Source: an uncultured Solirubrobacteraceae bacterium (GTDB taxonomy: Bacteria; Actinomycetota; Thermoleophilia; Solirubrobacterales; Solirubrobacteraceae). From it: a stretch of 64,000 nucleotides of DNA. Shown here piece by piece: positions 28,913 through 38,797 of this stretch. The stretch is taken from the NCBI GenBank assembly GCA_964588985.1, contig CAZPQW010000011.1, positions 41,069-105,068 of the forward strand. Reading direction: 5' to 3'. The position numbers and the translations under genes are program-made. The notes beneath the pieces are model-generated. The model was not told the origin of the DNA. It ran no database searches and saw nothing but the letters and a program-made list of their open reading frames with translations. How positions within the stretch are numbered: position 1 is the stretch's first letter; each line of letters opens with the position of its first letter.

Positions 28913-30311
28913 GGCCGACTCGCCCCTGAGCACCCCCAGGCCGGAGGGCCTGCCCGCACGGATACTCGAGCTGGGCGAGGAGCTGCGCCGCGAAGGCATC
29001 GCGGTGGGCACCTCGGAGCTGCTCGACGCGTTCGAGGTGCTACGCGAGATCCCGTGGACGCTTCAGGAGGACTTCCGCGAGGCGCTCGCGGCGACGCTCG
29101 CCAAGAGCCAGGAGGACCGGCGCGTGTTCGAGCTGGTGTTCGACCGCTTCTTCTTCCGCGCCGTCGAGGTCGCCGCCGCGCGCGAGGGCATCCGCGAGGA
29201 GGATCTCTCGGAGCTCGGCGAGCTCTCCGAGGAGGAGCTCGAGGCGCTGCGCACGCAGATTGCCGCCGCGCTGCGCGATGGCTCGGAGGGCGCGATGCGC
29301 GACCTCGCGCGCATGGCGATCGCCGCGTTCGCCCGCCGTCAGGAGGGCTCGGGGGTGATCGGCGTGGACGTGCAGCGCATCCGCCGTGCGCTCGGCCTGC
29401 GCGCCGAGCCACAGCCCGACCTGCCCGCCGAGGACCCGCGCCGCGACGGGCTGCCGCGCGAGGCGCTGCGCCGCTTCGAGGCGCTCCTGAGACGAGAGTT
29501 GGAGCGCGGGCAGATCGAGCGCACCGGCAACCTCCCCCCCGCACGCCCGCTCGGGGAAATGGACCGCGCGCTGCCCTCCGGCCCGCTCGCGGACCTCGCC
29601 GCGGTGCACCGCGTCGTCGCGCAGCTGCGCCGCCGCCTCGCCACCCAGGGACTGCAGGCGCGCGGGCACCGCCGCCACGCGCACGTGGACGTGCGGCGCA
29701 CGATGCGCGCCTCGCTTCAGACCGGCGGCGTGCCGGTGGTGCTGAAGTACCGCCCACGCCGCCCCAAACGACCGGAGATCTACGTCCTGTGCGACGTGTC
29801 CACGAGCGTCACCTCCGCGTCGGTGTTCTTCCTGTCGGTGCTCCACGCTCTCCACGACACGTTCCGCAAGATGCGCTCGTTCGTGTTCATCGAGCGGATC
29901 TCCGAGGTGACGGACATCTTCGAACACGAGCGGAACTTCAAGGCGGTCAGCGAGAAGATCTCCGGCGACGCGGGCGTGGCGGACATCTCCGGCTACACCG
30001 ACTACGGACGCGTGTGGTCGGAGTTCCTGGTGCAGGTGGAGGACGACCTCCACCCGCGCGCCACGGTGATCGTGCTCGGCGACGCGCGCACCAACGGGCG
30101 CGACCCGCGCGCGGACATCTTCGCTCAGATCGCGGCGCGCGCCGGACGCACGTTCTGGCTGAACCCGGAGCCGCGGCTGTACTGGAACTACGGCGACTCG
30201 GTGATCTCCGCGTACGAGCAGTACTGCACCGCGTTCGAGTGCTGGACGACCGCGCAGCTGGAGGACTTCGTGCGCGCGCTCACGCGGCCGGTCGTCGCGG
30301 CGCCGCGCTAG
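28902..30311 (+). CDS. VWA-domain (CoxE-like) protein
   Basis: DVRRTMRASL..GG.P, DVSTS MIDAS, GDARTN and WLNPE motifs; follows MoxR. Confidence 0.88.
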   Translation: MSPEADSPLSTPRPEGLPARILELGEELRREGIAVGTSELLDAFEVLREIPWTLQEDFREALAATLAKSQEDRRVFELVFDRFFFRAVEVAAAREGIREEDLSELGELSEEELEALRTQIAAALRDGSEGAMRDLARMAIAAFARRQEGSGVIGVDVQRIRRALGLRAEPQPDLPAEDPRRDGLPREALRRFEALLRRELERGQIERTGNLPPARPLGEMDRALPSGPLADLAAVHRVVAQLRRRLATQGLQARGHRRHAHVDVRRTMRASLQTGGVPVVLKYRPRRPKRPEIYVLCDVSTSVTSASVFFLSVLHALHDTFRKMRSFVFIERISEVTDIFEHERNFKAVSEKISGDAGVADISGYTDYGRVWSEFLVQVEDDLHPRATVIVLGDARTNGRDPRADIFAQIAARAGRTFWLNPEPRLYWNYGDSVISAYEQYCTAFECWTTAQLEDFVRALTRPVVAAPR

Positions 30312-30327
30312 CATCGGACGGGCAGCA

Positions 30328-30435
30328 GACACCGGGGGTGCTGGCGGGAAAGGCCGGCTGAGATGGCGCACGGGAACCGGGTTCCCCCGGCGCCGACCCT
30401 TTGAACCTGTGGGGTAATGCCCGCGAAGGGAGCGA
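30328..30435 (+). ncRNA. TPP (THI-box) riboswitch
   Basis: GGGGTGC...CTGAGA...ACCCTTTGAACCTG...GGTAATGCCCGCGAAGGGAG conserved core, directly upstream of a thiamine-precursor ABC operon; the SD overlaps the aptamer 3' end. Confidence 0.92.
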
Positions 30436-30436
30436 A

Positions 30437-31219
30437 GTGCCGAGCGATCTGCAGTCCCGCCCTCAGCCCACGATCCGTCCGAGGATCGCGGCCGAGGAGA
30501 TCGTGCTCGAGGACGTGAGCTTCACCTTCGCCGGCCGTGACCGCGGCGTGAGGGCGCTCGACGGGCTGTCGTTGCGAGCCGCCCGCGGCGAGCTGCTGGC
30601 GGTGGTCGGCCCGAGCGGCTGCGGCAAGAGCACGCTTCTGGAACTGCTGTGTGGCCTGCGCACGCCCGAGCGGGGCTCGATCGCCTGTCCGCCCGCGGTG
30701 CTGATGCCCCAGCGCGACCTGCTGCTGCCGTGGCTCTCCGCGCTCGACAACGCCGGCCTCGCGCTGCGCATCGTGGGCCTCTCGCGCGCACAGGCGCGCG
30801 CCCGCGCCGGCGAGCTGTTCGCGGAGCTCGGGCTGGAGGGCTTCGAGCACGCGCGCCCACATGAGCTCTCTGGCGGCATGCGCCAGCGTGTGGCGTTCTT
30901 GCGCACGCTGTTGTCGGGCAAGCAGGTGCTGTGCCTCGACGAGCCGTTCGGCGCGCTCGACGCGATCACGCGCGGGGAGATGCAGGAGTGGCTGGCCGGA
31001 ACGCTCGTCCGCGAGCCGCGCACTGTGGTGCTCGTGACCCACGACGTCGAGGAGGCGATCCTGCTGGCCGACCGCGTGGTCGTACTCTCGCCTCGGCCAG
31101 GGCGCGCAGTCGCACAGCTCGAGGTCGAGCTTGAGCGTCCGCGCGGGCGCACCGACGCGGATGTGATCGCGCTGCGCGAGCGTGCGCTCGACGCGCTGGC
31201 CGGCGGAGCCCGCGGATGA
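30437..31219 (+). CDS. ABC ATP-binding protein, ThiZ/SsuB-like
   Basis: GPSGCGKST, LSGGMRQR, DEPFGALD and VTHD motifs. Confidence 0.9.
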   Translation: MPSDLQSRPQPTIRPRIAAEEIVLEDVSFTFAGRDRGVRALDGLSLRAARGELLAVVGPSGCGKSTLLELLCGLRTPERGSIACPPAVLMPQRDLLLPWLSALDNAGLALRIVGLSRAQARARAGELFAELGLEGFEHARPHELSGGMRQRVAFLRTLLSGKQVLCLDEPFGALDAITRGEMQEWLAGTLVREPRTVVLVTHDVEEAILLADRVVVLSPRPGRAVAQLEVELERPRGRTDADVIALRERALDALAGGARG

Positions 31220-31998
31220 GGCGTCGCGCGGTGCGCGTGCTGCCCGCGTTCGTGCTCGCCGCGGTGCTGCTCGGCGCGTGGGAGCTGTATGTGGCGCTCT
31301 CGGGCGTGGAAGCGGACGTGCTGCCGGCTCCCCACGCGATCGCGACGGAACTGTGGGACAGCGCGAACGTCCTGTGGCGCAACTTCTCGGTCACCGCCGA
31401 GGAGGTCGTGCTGGGACTCGGCCTGGCCCTCGTGAGCGGATTCGCGCTCGCGGTCGCCATCCACCTCTCGCCGCTGCTGCGCCGCGCGGTCTACCCGCTG
31501 GCCGTGGGCTCGCAGGCGTTGCCGATCCCGCTGATCGGCGTGCCGCTGGTGTTCTGGTGGGGTTTTGGGATCTTCCCCAAGCTGGTGGTGGTCGCTCTGA
31601 TCTGCTTCTTCCCGGTGCTCGTCACCACCGTCGACGGCCTCGCGACGGTGGACCCCGACCAGCCCAAGCTGCTGCGCACGCTCGACGCCTCACGCTGGCA
31701 GGCGTTCCGCCTCGCCGAGCTGCCGGCGGCGCTGCCGGCGGCGCTCAGCGGAGCGCGCATCGCGCTGGCGGTTGGTGTGATCGGAGCGTTCATCGCCGAG
31801 ACCACGACCCCGACCACCGGCGCCTACCCCGGCCTGGGGCGCCAGATCATCGCCGAAATCAACGCCTTCAACACGACGCGGGCCTATGCGGCTACGGCCG
31901 TCCTGTTCGCCTTCGCGATCGCCTGCTTCTACGCGCTGTCCGTCGCCGAGCGCAGACTTGCACCCTGGAGCATCCAATCCCGAGGAGATATCCCTTGA
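31216..31998 (+). CDS. ABC permease, ThiX/SsuC-like
   Basis: Six TM segments, LPAP and FFPV motifs, EAA-like loop. Confidence 0.88.
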   Translation: MRRRAVRVLPAFVLAAVLLGAWELYVALSGVEADVLPAPHAIATELWDSANVLWRNFSVTAEEVVLGLGLALVSGFALAVAIHLSPLLRRAVYPLAVGSQALPIPLIGVPLVFWWGFGIFPKLVVVALICFFPVLVTTVDGLATVDPDQPKLLRTLDASRWQAFRLAELPAALPAALSGARIALAVGVIGAFIAETTTPTTGAYPGLGRQIIAEINAFNTTRAYAATAVLFAFAIACFYALSVAERRLAPWSIQSRGDIP

Positions 31999-33029
31999 CC
32001 GACTCAGCGATCCGTCGACCCGCGACCGTGCTGCTCGCCGCCGCGTGCCTTGCGTGCGCGCTCGCGCTCGGAGCGTGCGGCAGCAAGCAGGACTCGCTCA
32101 CCGCGCCCGGGGTCAAGCCGTTCTCGGTGATGCTCGACTTCTTCCCCAACGCCGACCACGCGCCTCTGTATGCGGCGATCGCGAACGGCGACTTCCGCAG
32201 AGCCGGCCTGAGCGTCGAGCCTGAGACGCCCGCGGAAACGGCCGAACCGCTGAAGCTGCTCGCCGCCGGCAAGGTCGACATGGCGATCTCCTACGAGCCC
32301 GAGCTGATGCTCGCCCGCGATCGCGGCCTGAAGCTCGTGTCGATCGGAGCGCTCGTGCAGCGACCCCTGACGTCGATCATCGCGCTTCCCGGCAAGCACG
32401 TCGCGAACGTGTCCGCGCTCGCGGGCAAGACCGTCGGCACGGCCGGGATCGCCTACCAGACGGCCGAGCTGCACACCGCGCTAGCGCACGCGGGCGTCTC
32501 CACCGGCAGTGTGAAGGAAGCGAACGTCGGCTTCAACCTCGTGCCCGCGATGCTGTCCGGACGGGTCGACGCGACGCTCGGCGGCTTCTGGAACTACGAG
32601 GGGATCCAACTGCGCCTGCTGCACAAGCATCCCGTCGTGATCCCCGTCGATCAGGCGGGCGTGCCCACGTATGACGAGCTCGTGCTGGTCGTGCGCGAAG
32701 ACGAGGCCCACACGCGCGGCCAGGACCTGCGCGCGTTCCTGCAGGCGCTCACCCGCGGCGAGCACGAGGTGCGCGCGAACCCGTCCGGCGCGGCCGCGCT
32801 GCTCGTCAAGGCCAACCCGTCGCTGGAAGCGAAGCTGCAGCTGGAATCGATCAAGCAGACGCTGCCGGCGGTCCTCCCCGCCGACTCGAGCGACCCCTAC
32901 GGCTGGCAGCAGCCGACCGCGTGGGCGACGTTCGGCGCGTGGATGTTCGCGCACGGCCTGCTTTCCCACGACCCCAACGGAGGGTTGCCTCCGTTCACGA
33001 ACGAGTTCCTGCCGGGACAGGGGATCTGA
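31995..33029 (+). CDS. NMT1/THI5-like substrate-binding lipoprotein (ThiY-like)
   Basis: Lipobox LGAC; LDFFPNADH, ISYEP and WNYE motifs; GAGGAG SD before TTG 31995. Confidence 0.88.
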   Translation: MTDSAIRRPATVLLAAACLACALALGACGSKQDSLTAPGVKPFSVMLDFFPNADHAPLYAAIANGDFRRAGLSVEPETPAETAEPLKLLAAGKVDMAISYEPELMLARDRGLKLVSIGALVQRPLTSIIALPGKHVANVSALAGKTVGTAGIAYQTAELHTALAHAGVSTGSVKEANVGFNLVPAMLSGRVDATLGGFWNYEGIQLRLLHKHPVVIPVDQAGVPTYDELVLVVREDEAHTRGQDLRAFLQALTRGEHEVRANPSGAAALLVKANPSLEAKLQLESIKQTLPAVLPADSSDPYGWQQPTAWATFGAWMFAHGLLSHDPNGGLPPFTNEFLPGQGI

Positions 33030-33080
33030 CTATCTGACTCTTGGGTCTTTGCGTAATAGTTTGTATATACTGACTTTACG

Positions 33081-34790
33081 GTGGAGGCCGAGGAAGTAGG
33101 ACTCGGGCCTGAGGCTGCAGGCCAGACGGCTGCTCACGGCGCGGCCCTGCCTTCGACAGCCGCCTCGCAGAGCCTCGCCTCGCAGGCAGCGCTGCTCGAC
33201 CTGGTCCCGGACGCGTTCGTGGGCATCGACGCCGACGGCGGGATCACGCTCGCCAACAAACAAGTCGAGTCCCTCTTCGGCTACTCCCACGAGCAGCTGA
33301 TCGGTCAGCCGCTCGAGATCCTCCTGCCCGAGCGCTTCGTGGCCGCTCACCGCGGCCACCGCGCCCGCTTCTTCTCCCACCCGCATACCCGCCCGATGGA
33401 TAGCGGGCTGGAACTGACGGGACGCCGGCTGGACGGCAGCGAGTTCCCGGCGGAAATCAGCTTGGGAACCATCGAGCTCGAAGGCCACATGCTCGCAACG
33501 GCAGCCATCCGCGACATCAGTGATCGCATCGCGGTCGTGCGCGAGAAGGAGCGACTCGAGGCCGAAGCCGAACGCGAGCATCTGGTCAACCAGCTGCACC
33601 ACGTTCGGCGCCTGGAGAGCCTCGGCGAGCTTGCGGGCGGCGTCGCCCACGACTTCAACAACCTGCTCGCCGTGATCATCAACTACGCAGCGTTCGTCGC
33701 CGAGGATCTCGACGCGGCGGGCGAGAGCGAGGAGAAGCGCCACATCTTGCGGGCCGACGTCGAGCAGATCGGCCTGGCGGCGCAGCGGGCCGCGCACCTC
33801 ACGCACCAGCTGCTCGCATTCGCCCGACGCGAGGTGGTACAGCCTGAGGTCGTCGACGTCAACACGGTGGTTGCCGACATCGAGCAGCTCCTCACACGCA
33901 CTCTCGGCGAGCACATAACCCTGCGCAGCGAACTCGCCGCGGACCTGCGATCGGTCCTCATCGATCCGGGGCAGCTCGAGCAGATGCTCGTCAACCTCGC
34001 CATCAACGCCCGCGATGCGATGCCGAACGGCGGCACGCTCACGATCGACACCGCCAACTTCGACATCGACGCCGACTACACACATCACCGACCCGAGCTG
34101 TCTCCCGGCCCCTACGTTCGCCTGCGTGTCAGCGACAACGGCACGGGCATGGAGCACGACGTCATCGAACGTGCCTTCGACCCGTTCTTCACCACCAAGC
34201 CCGCCGGCCAGGGGACCGGGCTCGGACTCGCGACCGTCTACGGCATCGTCCAACAGGCCGGCGGGCAGGCGCGGATCTACTCAGAGTCCAGCATCGGCAC
34301 GACGTTCACCGCGCTGCTGCCCGCGACCGATCGCAGTCCGACCCGCGCCCCTGTCGAGATCGATCGCGAGCGCCTGCGCGGCAAGTCCACGATCCTGCTG
34401 GTGGAGGACGAGCAGGCTCTGCGCGAGGTCATCGAACGGATCCTCACGAGCAGCGGCTACCAGGTCCTCAGCGCCACCAACGGCGCCGAGGCACTCGCGC
34501 TCGCCGGCAAGTCGCTGGAAGGCATAGACCTGCTGCTGACCGACGTGATCATGCCGGTGATGCACGGCCCGCAGCTCGCCGAGCAGATTAAGCAGATGCG
34601 ACCGTCGATCCGGGTGATGTTCATGTCCGGCTTCGCCCAGCCGATCCTCGACGCGGGCGGACACCTGGAGCCGGGCGTGATTCTGATCGAGAAGCCGTTC
34701 GCGGGAGCGGACCTGCTGGAAAAGGTGCGCCAGGTCCTCGAATCCGATGCGCAGAGCAATAGCCGGCAAGCCGGCGGGGAGGAACGATGA
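33081..34790 (+). CDS. PAS-domain hybrid histidine kinase
   Basis: PAS; GGVAHDFNN; NARDAM; DNGTGM; PFFTTK; GTGLGL; C-terminal receiver domain. Confidence 0.93.
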   Translation: MEAEEVGLGPEAAGQTAAHGAALPSTAASQSLASQAALLDLVPDAFVGIDADGGITLANKQVESLFGYSHEQLIGQPLEILLPERFVAAHRGHRARFFSHPHTRPMDSGLELTGRRLDGSEFPAEISLGTIELEGHMLATAAIRDISDRIAVVREKERLEAEAEREHLVNQLHHVRRLESLGELAGGVAHDFNNLLAVIINYAAFVAEDLDAAGESEEKRHILRADVEQIGLAAQRAAHLTHQLLAFARREVVQPEVVDVNTVVADIEQLLTRTLGEHITLRSELAADLRSVLIDPGQLEQMLVNLAINARDAMPNGGTLTIDTANFDIDADYTHHRPELSPGPYVRLRVSDNGTGMEHDVIERAFDPFFTTKPAGQGTGLGLATVYGIVQQAGGQARIYSESSIGTTFTALLPATDRSPTRAPVEIDRERLRGKSTILLVEDEQALREVIERILTSSGYQVLSATNGAEALALAGKSLEGIDLLLTDVIMPVMHGPQLAEQIKQMRPSIRVMFMSGFAQPILDAGGHLEPGVILIEKPFAGADLLEKVRQVLESDAQSNSRQAGGEER

Positions 34791-35854
34791 CGGAGCTGCT
34801 GATCGTGGATGACGACGTGCCTCTGAGGCGCTGGGCCGAGCGGGTGGTGAGCGACGGCGGCTACGCGTGCGACAGCGCGGGCGACGCTGCCGAGGCACGC
34901 GAACGTCTACAGCAGAGCGCCTATTCGCTCGTCCTGCTCGACGTCCGCATGCCAGGCGAGTCGGGGATGGAGCTCCTGAGCCACATCCGCTCCTCGTTCC
35001 CTGCCACGGCCGTGGTGATGGTCACGGGCGAGGACGACCAGCAGCTTGCGATGAGCGCGATCGAGCACGGCGCGTATGGCTACATGGTCAAGCCGGTCAG
35101 ATCGGGGGAGCTGTTGATCAACGTCGCCAACGCACTGCACCGCCGCCGCAGCGAGGCCGACCGCCAGCAGATGGTGAGCACGCTCGAGAACGCCGTGCAG
35201 GACAGCAGCTACAAGCTCGAGCACGCGCTGCAGGAGCTGCACCTGTCCGAGAGCATGGTGTGGGCCTCGCAGGCGGAGACGATCCTGCGCCTGGCGCGAC
35301 TGGTGGAGTTCCGCGACGAGGAGACCGGGCACCACCTGCAGCGGATGAGCTCCTACTGCGAGATCCTCGCGTGCGAGCTCGGCCTGTCCGAGCGCCACCG
35401 GGAGGTCGTGCGCCTGGCCAGCCAGCTGCACGACGTGGGCAAGGTCGCGATCCCCGACAGCATCCTGCGCAAGTCGGGCAAGCTCACGCCGCAGGAGTTC
35501 GAGGTGATCCAGACGCACGCCGAAATCGGCCACGAGATGCTCACGGGCTCGACCTCCGAGGTCGTGCAGATTGGCGCGACGATCGCGCTCACCCATCACG
35601 AGCGCTGGGATGGCAGCGGCTATCCGGGCGAGCTCTCCGGCGAGGAGATCCCAGAGGAGGGCCGCATCGCGGCGATCGCGGACGTGTTCGACGCGCTCAC
35701 CTCCGATCGCGTCTACCGTCCGGCGTTCCCGGTGAGTCTGGCGCTCAAAACCATGCAGGCCGAGCGCGGCACACACTTCGACCCGCGGATGCTCGACGCG
35801 TTCATGCACGCGCTTCCCGAAGTCGAAGCGGTCAGGCGCACCTACGGCGACTGA
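34787..35854 (+). CDS. Response regulator with HD-GYP phosphodiesterase domain (RpfG-like)
   Basis: REC (IVDD, LLDVRMP, KP); HDVGK; HHERWDGSGYP; ADVFDAL. Confidence 0.92.
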   Translation: MTELLIVDDDVPLRRWAERVVSDGGYACDSAGDAAEARERLQQSAYSLVLLDVRMPGESGMELLSHIRSSFPATAVVMVTGEDDQQLAMSAIEHGAYGYMVKPVRSGELLINVANALHRRRSEADRQQMVSTLENAVQDSSYKLEHALQELHLSESMVWASQAETILRLARLVEFRDEETGHHLQRMSSYCEILACELGLSERHREVVRLASQLHDVGKVAIPDSILRKSGKLTPQEFEVIQTHAEIGHEMLTGSTSEVVQIGATIALTHHERWDGSGYPGELSGEEIPEEGRIAAIADVFDALTSDRVYRPAFPVSLALKTMQAERGTHFDPRMLDAFMHALPEVEAVRRTYGD

Positions 35855-35917
35855 CGCGCGCCGAGCCGCCACTCCGACGGCCCCGCCGCCTGTTCCCGCA
35901 AGCGCTACCGTCCAACG

Positions 35918-36955
35918 ATGGCTTGCATCGGGCTGCTCACCGGAGGAGGCGACTGTCCCGGACTGAACGCCGTCATCCGCGCGGTCGTCCGCAGCGGCTC
36001 GGCCCGCGGCGAGCATCGATTCGTCGGGTTCCGCCACGGCTGGGCCGGGCTGCTGGACGACGAGGCTGACGAGCTGACGCTGCAGAGCACCGTCGGCCTG
36101 CTCCCACGCGGCGGGACGATTCTCGGCACCTCGCGCACCAACCCCTACGCGGACGGCGCCGACGGGACCGCGCAGATCGTGCGCACTCTGAAGAGCCGCG
36201 GCGTCGACGCGCTGATCCCGATCGGCGGCGAGGACACGCTCGGGGTGGCCCTGCGCCTGCACCGCGAGGGGGTGCCGGTGGTGGGCGTGCCCAAGACGAT
36301 CGACAACGACCTCGGCGGCACCGACGTGACGGTCGGCTTTCAGACCGCCGTTCAGATCGTGACCGACGCGATCGACCGTCTGCACACGACCGCCGAGTCC
36401 CACGACCGCGTGATGGTCGTCGAGGTGATGGGCAGGCACGCCGGGTGGATCGCGACGCACGCGGGCATCGCGGGAGGCGCCGACGCGATCCTCGTGCCCG
36501 AGCGCCCGTTCGACATCGACGAGGTCGTGGCATACGTCCGCCGCCGCCACGAGCGGGGGCGCAGCTTCTCGATCGTGGTCGCCGCCGAGGGAGCGAAGCC
36601 GCGCGAAGGCACCCTGCAGACGCGGGCCGGGACGACCGCGGACGCGTTCGGACACGTGCGCCTGGGAGGGATCGGCGTCACCCTCGAGGCGGAGATCGAG
36701 GCGCGCACCGGCTATGAGACGCGCGTGACGATCCTCGGGCACGTACAGCGCGGGGGCACGCCCGTGGCGTTCGACCGGGTCCTCGCAACGCGCTTCGGCG
36801 TGGCCGCGATGGACGCTGTCGCCGCGGGACGCTTCGGCACGATGGTGGGCTTGAGCGGCAGCGAGATCGTCGAGGTCGAACTCGAGGAGGCGCTGCGCAA
36901 ACCCAAGCTGCTCGACCCAGCCCTCTACGAGACCGCCGAGCTGTTCTTCGGCTGA
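35918..36955 (+). CDS. pfkA: 6-phosphofructokinase (probably PPi-dependent)
   Basis: TGGGDCPGLN, GGEDT, PKTIDND, EVMGR and LGHVQRGG motifs. Confidence 0.93.
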   Translation: MACIGLLTGGGDCPGLNAVIRAVVRSGSARGEHRFVGFRHGWAGLLDDEADELTLQSTVGLLPRGGTILGTSRTNPYADGADGTAQIVRTLKSRGVDALIPIGGEDTLGVALRLHREGVPVVGVPKTIDNDLGGTDVTVGFQTAVQIVTDAIDRLHTTAESHDRVMVVEVMGRHAGWIATHAGIAGGADAILVPERPFDIDEVVAYVRRRHERGRSFSIVVAAEGAKPREGTLQTRAGTTADAFGHVRLGGIGVTLEAEIEARTGYETRVTILGHVQRGGTPVAFDRVLATRFGVAAMDAVAAGRFGTMVGLSGSEIVEVELEEALRKPKLLDPALYETAELFFG

Positions 36956-36970
36956 CGGCCGAGCTGGCGC

Positions 36971-38038
36971 TCAGAGCGGCCAGTGGCAAGCGAGCTTCGC
37001 GACGGCGCGCTCCACCAGCGATCCCGGATCGTCCGACGACGGCTCGAACGTCGCCTCGCGCGGCTGCCCCTCGCCCGCGAGAGCCGGCAGCGTCGCGCAG
37101 ACGCACTCGGCCAGCACGCGCCGGTTGTAGCCGCCCTCCAACACCACCCCAAGCGGGATGCCCGAGGCGAGCGCCATATCGCGCACGCGCATCGCCATCT
37201 CCGGGAAGGAGCGCGTCTCCAGGGCGCAGTCGGCCAACGGGTCCTCGACGTGCGCGTCGAAGCCCGCGGAGACGAGCACGAGCTCGGGCTCGAACGCGAC
37301 CGCCGAGGGCAGGATCACGCGCTCCAGCAGCGCGAGCCACAGCGGCTCGCGCGAGCCCGCGGGCACCGGCAGGTTGATCGTGTAGCCCTCTCCCGGACCC
37401 GAGCCAACGTCGTCGAGCGGGCCGCTCCCGGGAAACAGCCCCTGCTGGTGGATGCTCGCGAACAGCACGTCGTCGCGCTCGCGAAATATCTCCCCGGTGC
37501 CGTTGCCGTGGTGCACGTCCCAGTCGAGCACGAACACCCTGCTCAATCCCAGATCGGCGATCGCCGAGGCAGCCGCGACGGCGACGTTGTCGAACAGGCA
37601 GAAGCCCATCGCGCGCTCACGCTCGGCGTGGTGACCCGACGGCCGGACCGCGCAGAACCCCACACGCGCCTCTTCGGCCAGGAGCGCGCGCGTCATCTCG
37701 CACGCACCACCGGCTGCATGCAGCGCCGCGCGAAACGACTCTTCGCCGACGAACGTATCGGGGTCGATCGCGCCGCCGCCGGCCGCGCACAGATCCATGA
37801 TCGAGCTCACGTGTCGCGCGGAGTGCACCAGCTGCAGTTGCTCGACGCTCGCGGCGGGCGCCTCGCGCCGCTCCCACCCCAGCCAGTCACGCTCCGCGAG
37901 TGCCCGTTCGAGCGCGATCAGACGCTCCGGCGTGTCGGGATGCATTGGCGAGTGCACGCGCGGGTCGTGCTCGAGGCACGCCGGATGGCTGAAGTACAGG
38001 CCCGGGCTGACGAGGGGCCTCTCCGATTCGCGATCCAC
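36971..38038 (-). CDS. Histone-deacetylase-family (Zn) deacylase (start uncertain)
   Basis: HP..PERL, RPSGHHA, GFC, DWDVHHGNGT, SAGFDAH and LEGGY motifs. Confidence 0.9.
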   Translation of the reverse strand: MDRESERPLVSPGLYFSHPACLEHDPRVHSPMHPDTPERLIALERALAERDWLGWERREAPAASVEQLQLVHSARHVSSIMDLCAAGGGAIDPDTFVGEESFRAALHAAGGACEMTRALLAEEARVGFCAVRPSGHHAERERAMGFCLFDNVAVAAASAIADLGLSRVFVLDWDVHHGNGTGEIFRERDDVLFASIHQQGLFPGSGPLDDVGSGPGEGYTINLPVPAGSREPLWLALLERVILPSAVAFEPELVLVSAGFDAHVEDPLADCALETRSFPEMAMRVRDMALASGIPLGVVLEGGYNRRVLAECVCATLPALAGEGQPREATFEPSSDDPGSLVERAVAKLACHWPL

Positions 38039-38196
38039 CGTCTCAATATGGCGTAATCGGACACGCTCTGCGCGCGCTCCTGGTCGTGAGCGCGGCGCAG
38101 GGCTCGACCCAACGGTGACTACCTGTCGGAACAGTTCGGTAGGCGCCCTCGCGGTGATGTATCTTCCACGTACCATTTCCTGAGACGAGGAAGCGA

Positions 38197-38784
38197 ATGG
38201 CAAGCGTAAGTCCGGAGAAGACTAAGTGGATGCGGGGGGCATCGACGCCGCTGCGAGGCGCGCTGCTCGGCCTGCTGCTCGAACGCCCGGGCCACGGAGG
38301 AGATCTGGCCAACCGGCTGGCCGCACGGCTGGGCGAGACGTGGCGCGTCGACACGAACGACGTCTACCGCCTGCTCGAGCAGCTCGAGCGCACAGGCCTC
38401 GCGAGCTCGCGCGACGAGCCCAAGCGCAGCAACCAGCGACGGACGCATCTCGTGTACCACCCAACGGAGGAGACCTCCGAGGCTCTCACGACGTGGATGG
38501 AAACGCTGCTGCCGCGAGAGCCGGTGCGACTTGGCCTGCAGGCCAAGCTGTCTGTCGCGCGACCACAGGACGCGCCACGCCTGCTGATCGCGCTGCGAGC
38601 CTACGAGCGCGAGTGCTTGGTCCTCGCTCAGCTGGTCTGTCCCTCGGACTTCTATGCACGCTCGTGGGCGGCGCTGTGCATGGAGTGCACGCGCGACGCC
38701 GTCTACGCGCAACTGCAGACGGAAGTGGATTGGGCGACGCGGACCCGACAGCGGATCAACGAGTTCCTGGAACACAACTCGTAG
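38197..38784 (+). CDS. PadR-family transcriptional regulator, copy 2
   Basis: PLRGALLGLL, WRV....VY..L..LE..GL, WMET, LQAK and YEREC shared with copy 1. Confidence 0.85.
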   Translation: MASVSPEKTKWMRGASTPLRGALLGLLLERPGHGGDLANRLAARLGETWRVDTNDVYRLLEQLERTGLASSRDEPKRSNQRRTHLVYHPTEETSEALTTWMETLLPREPVRLGLQAKLSVARPQDAPRLLIALRAYERECLVLAQLVCPSDFYARSWAALCMECTRDAVYAQLQTEVDWATRTRQRINEFLEHNS

Positions 38785-38797
38785 GGCTAACGGTGCG

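Noticed and set aside
27995-30311. CoxD/CoxE pair as a CO dehydrogenase cluster
   Set aside because: No coxMSL or other molybdoenzyme genes are nearby; a generic MoxR/VWA chaperone pair.
20743-38038. Both cassettes adjoin a lysine deacylase gene (sirtuin, HDAC)
   Set aside because: The enzyme families are unrelated, the orientations differ and they belong to separate operons; probably coincidence.
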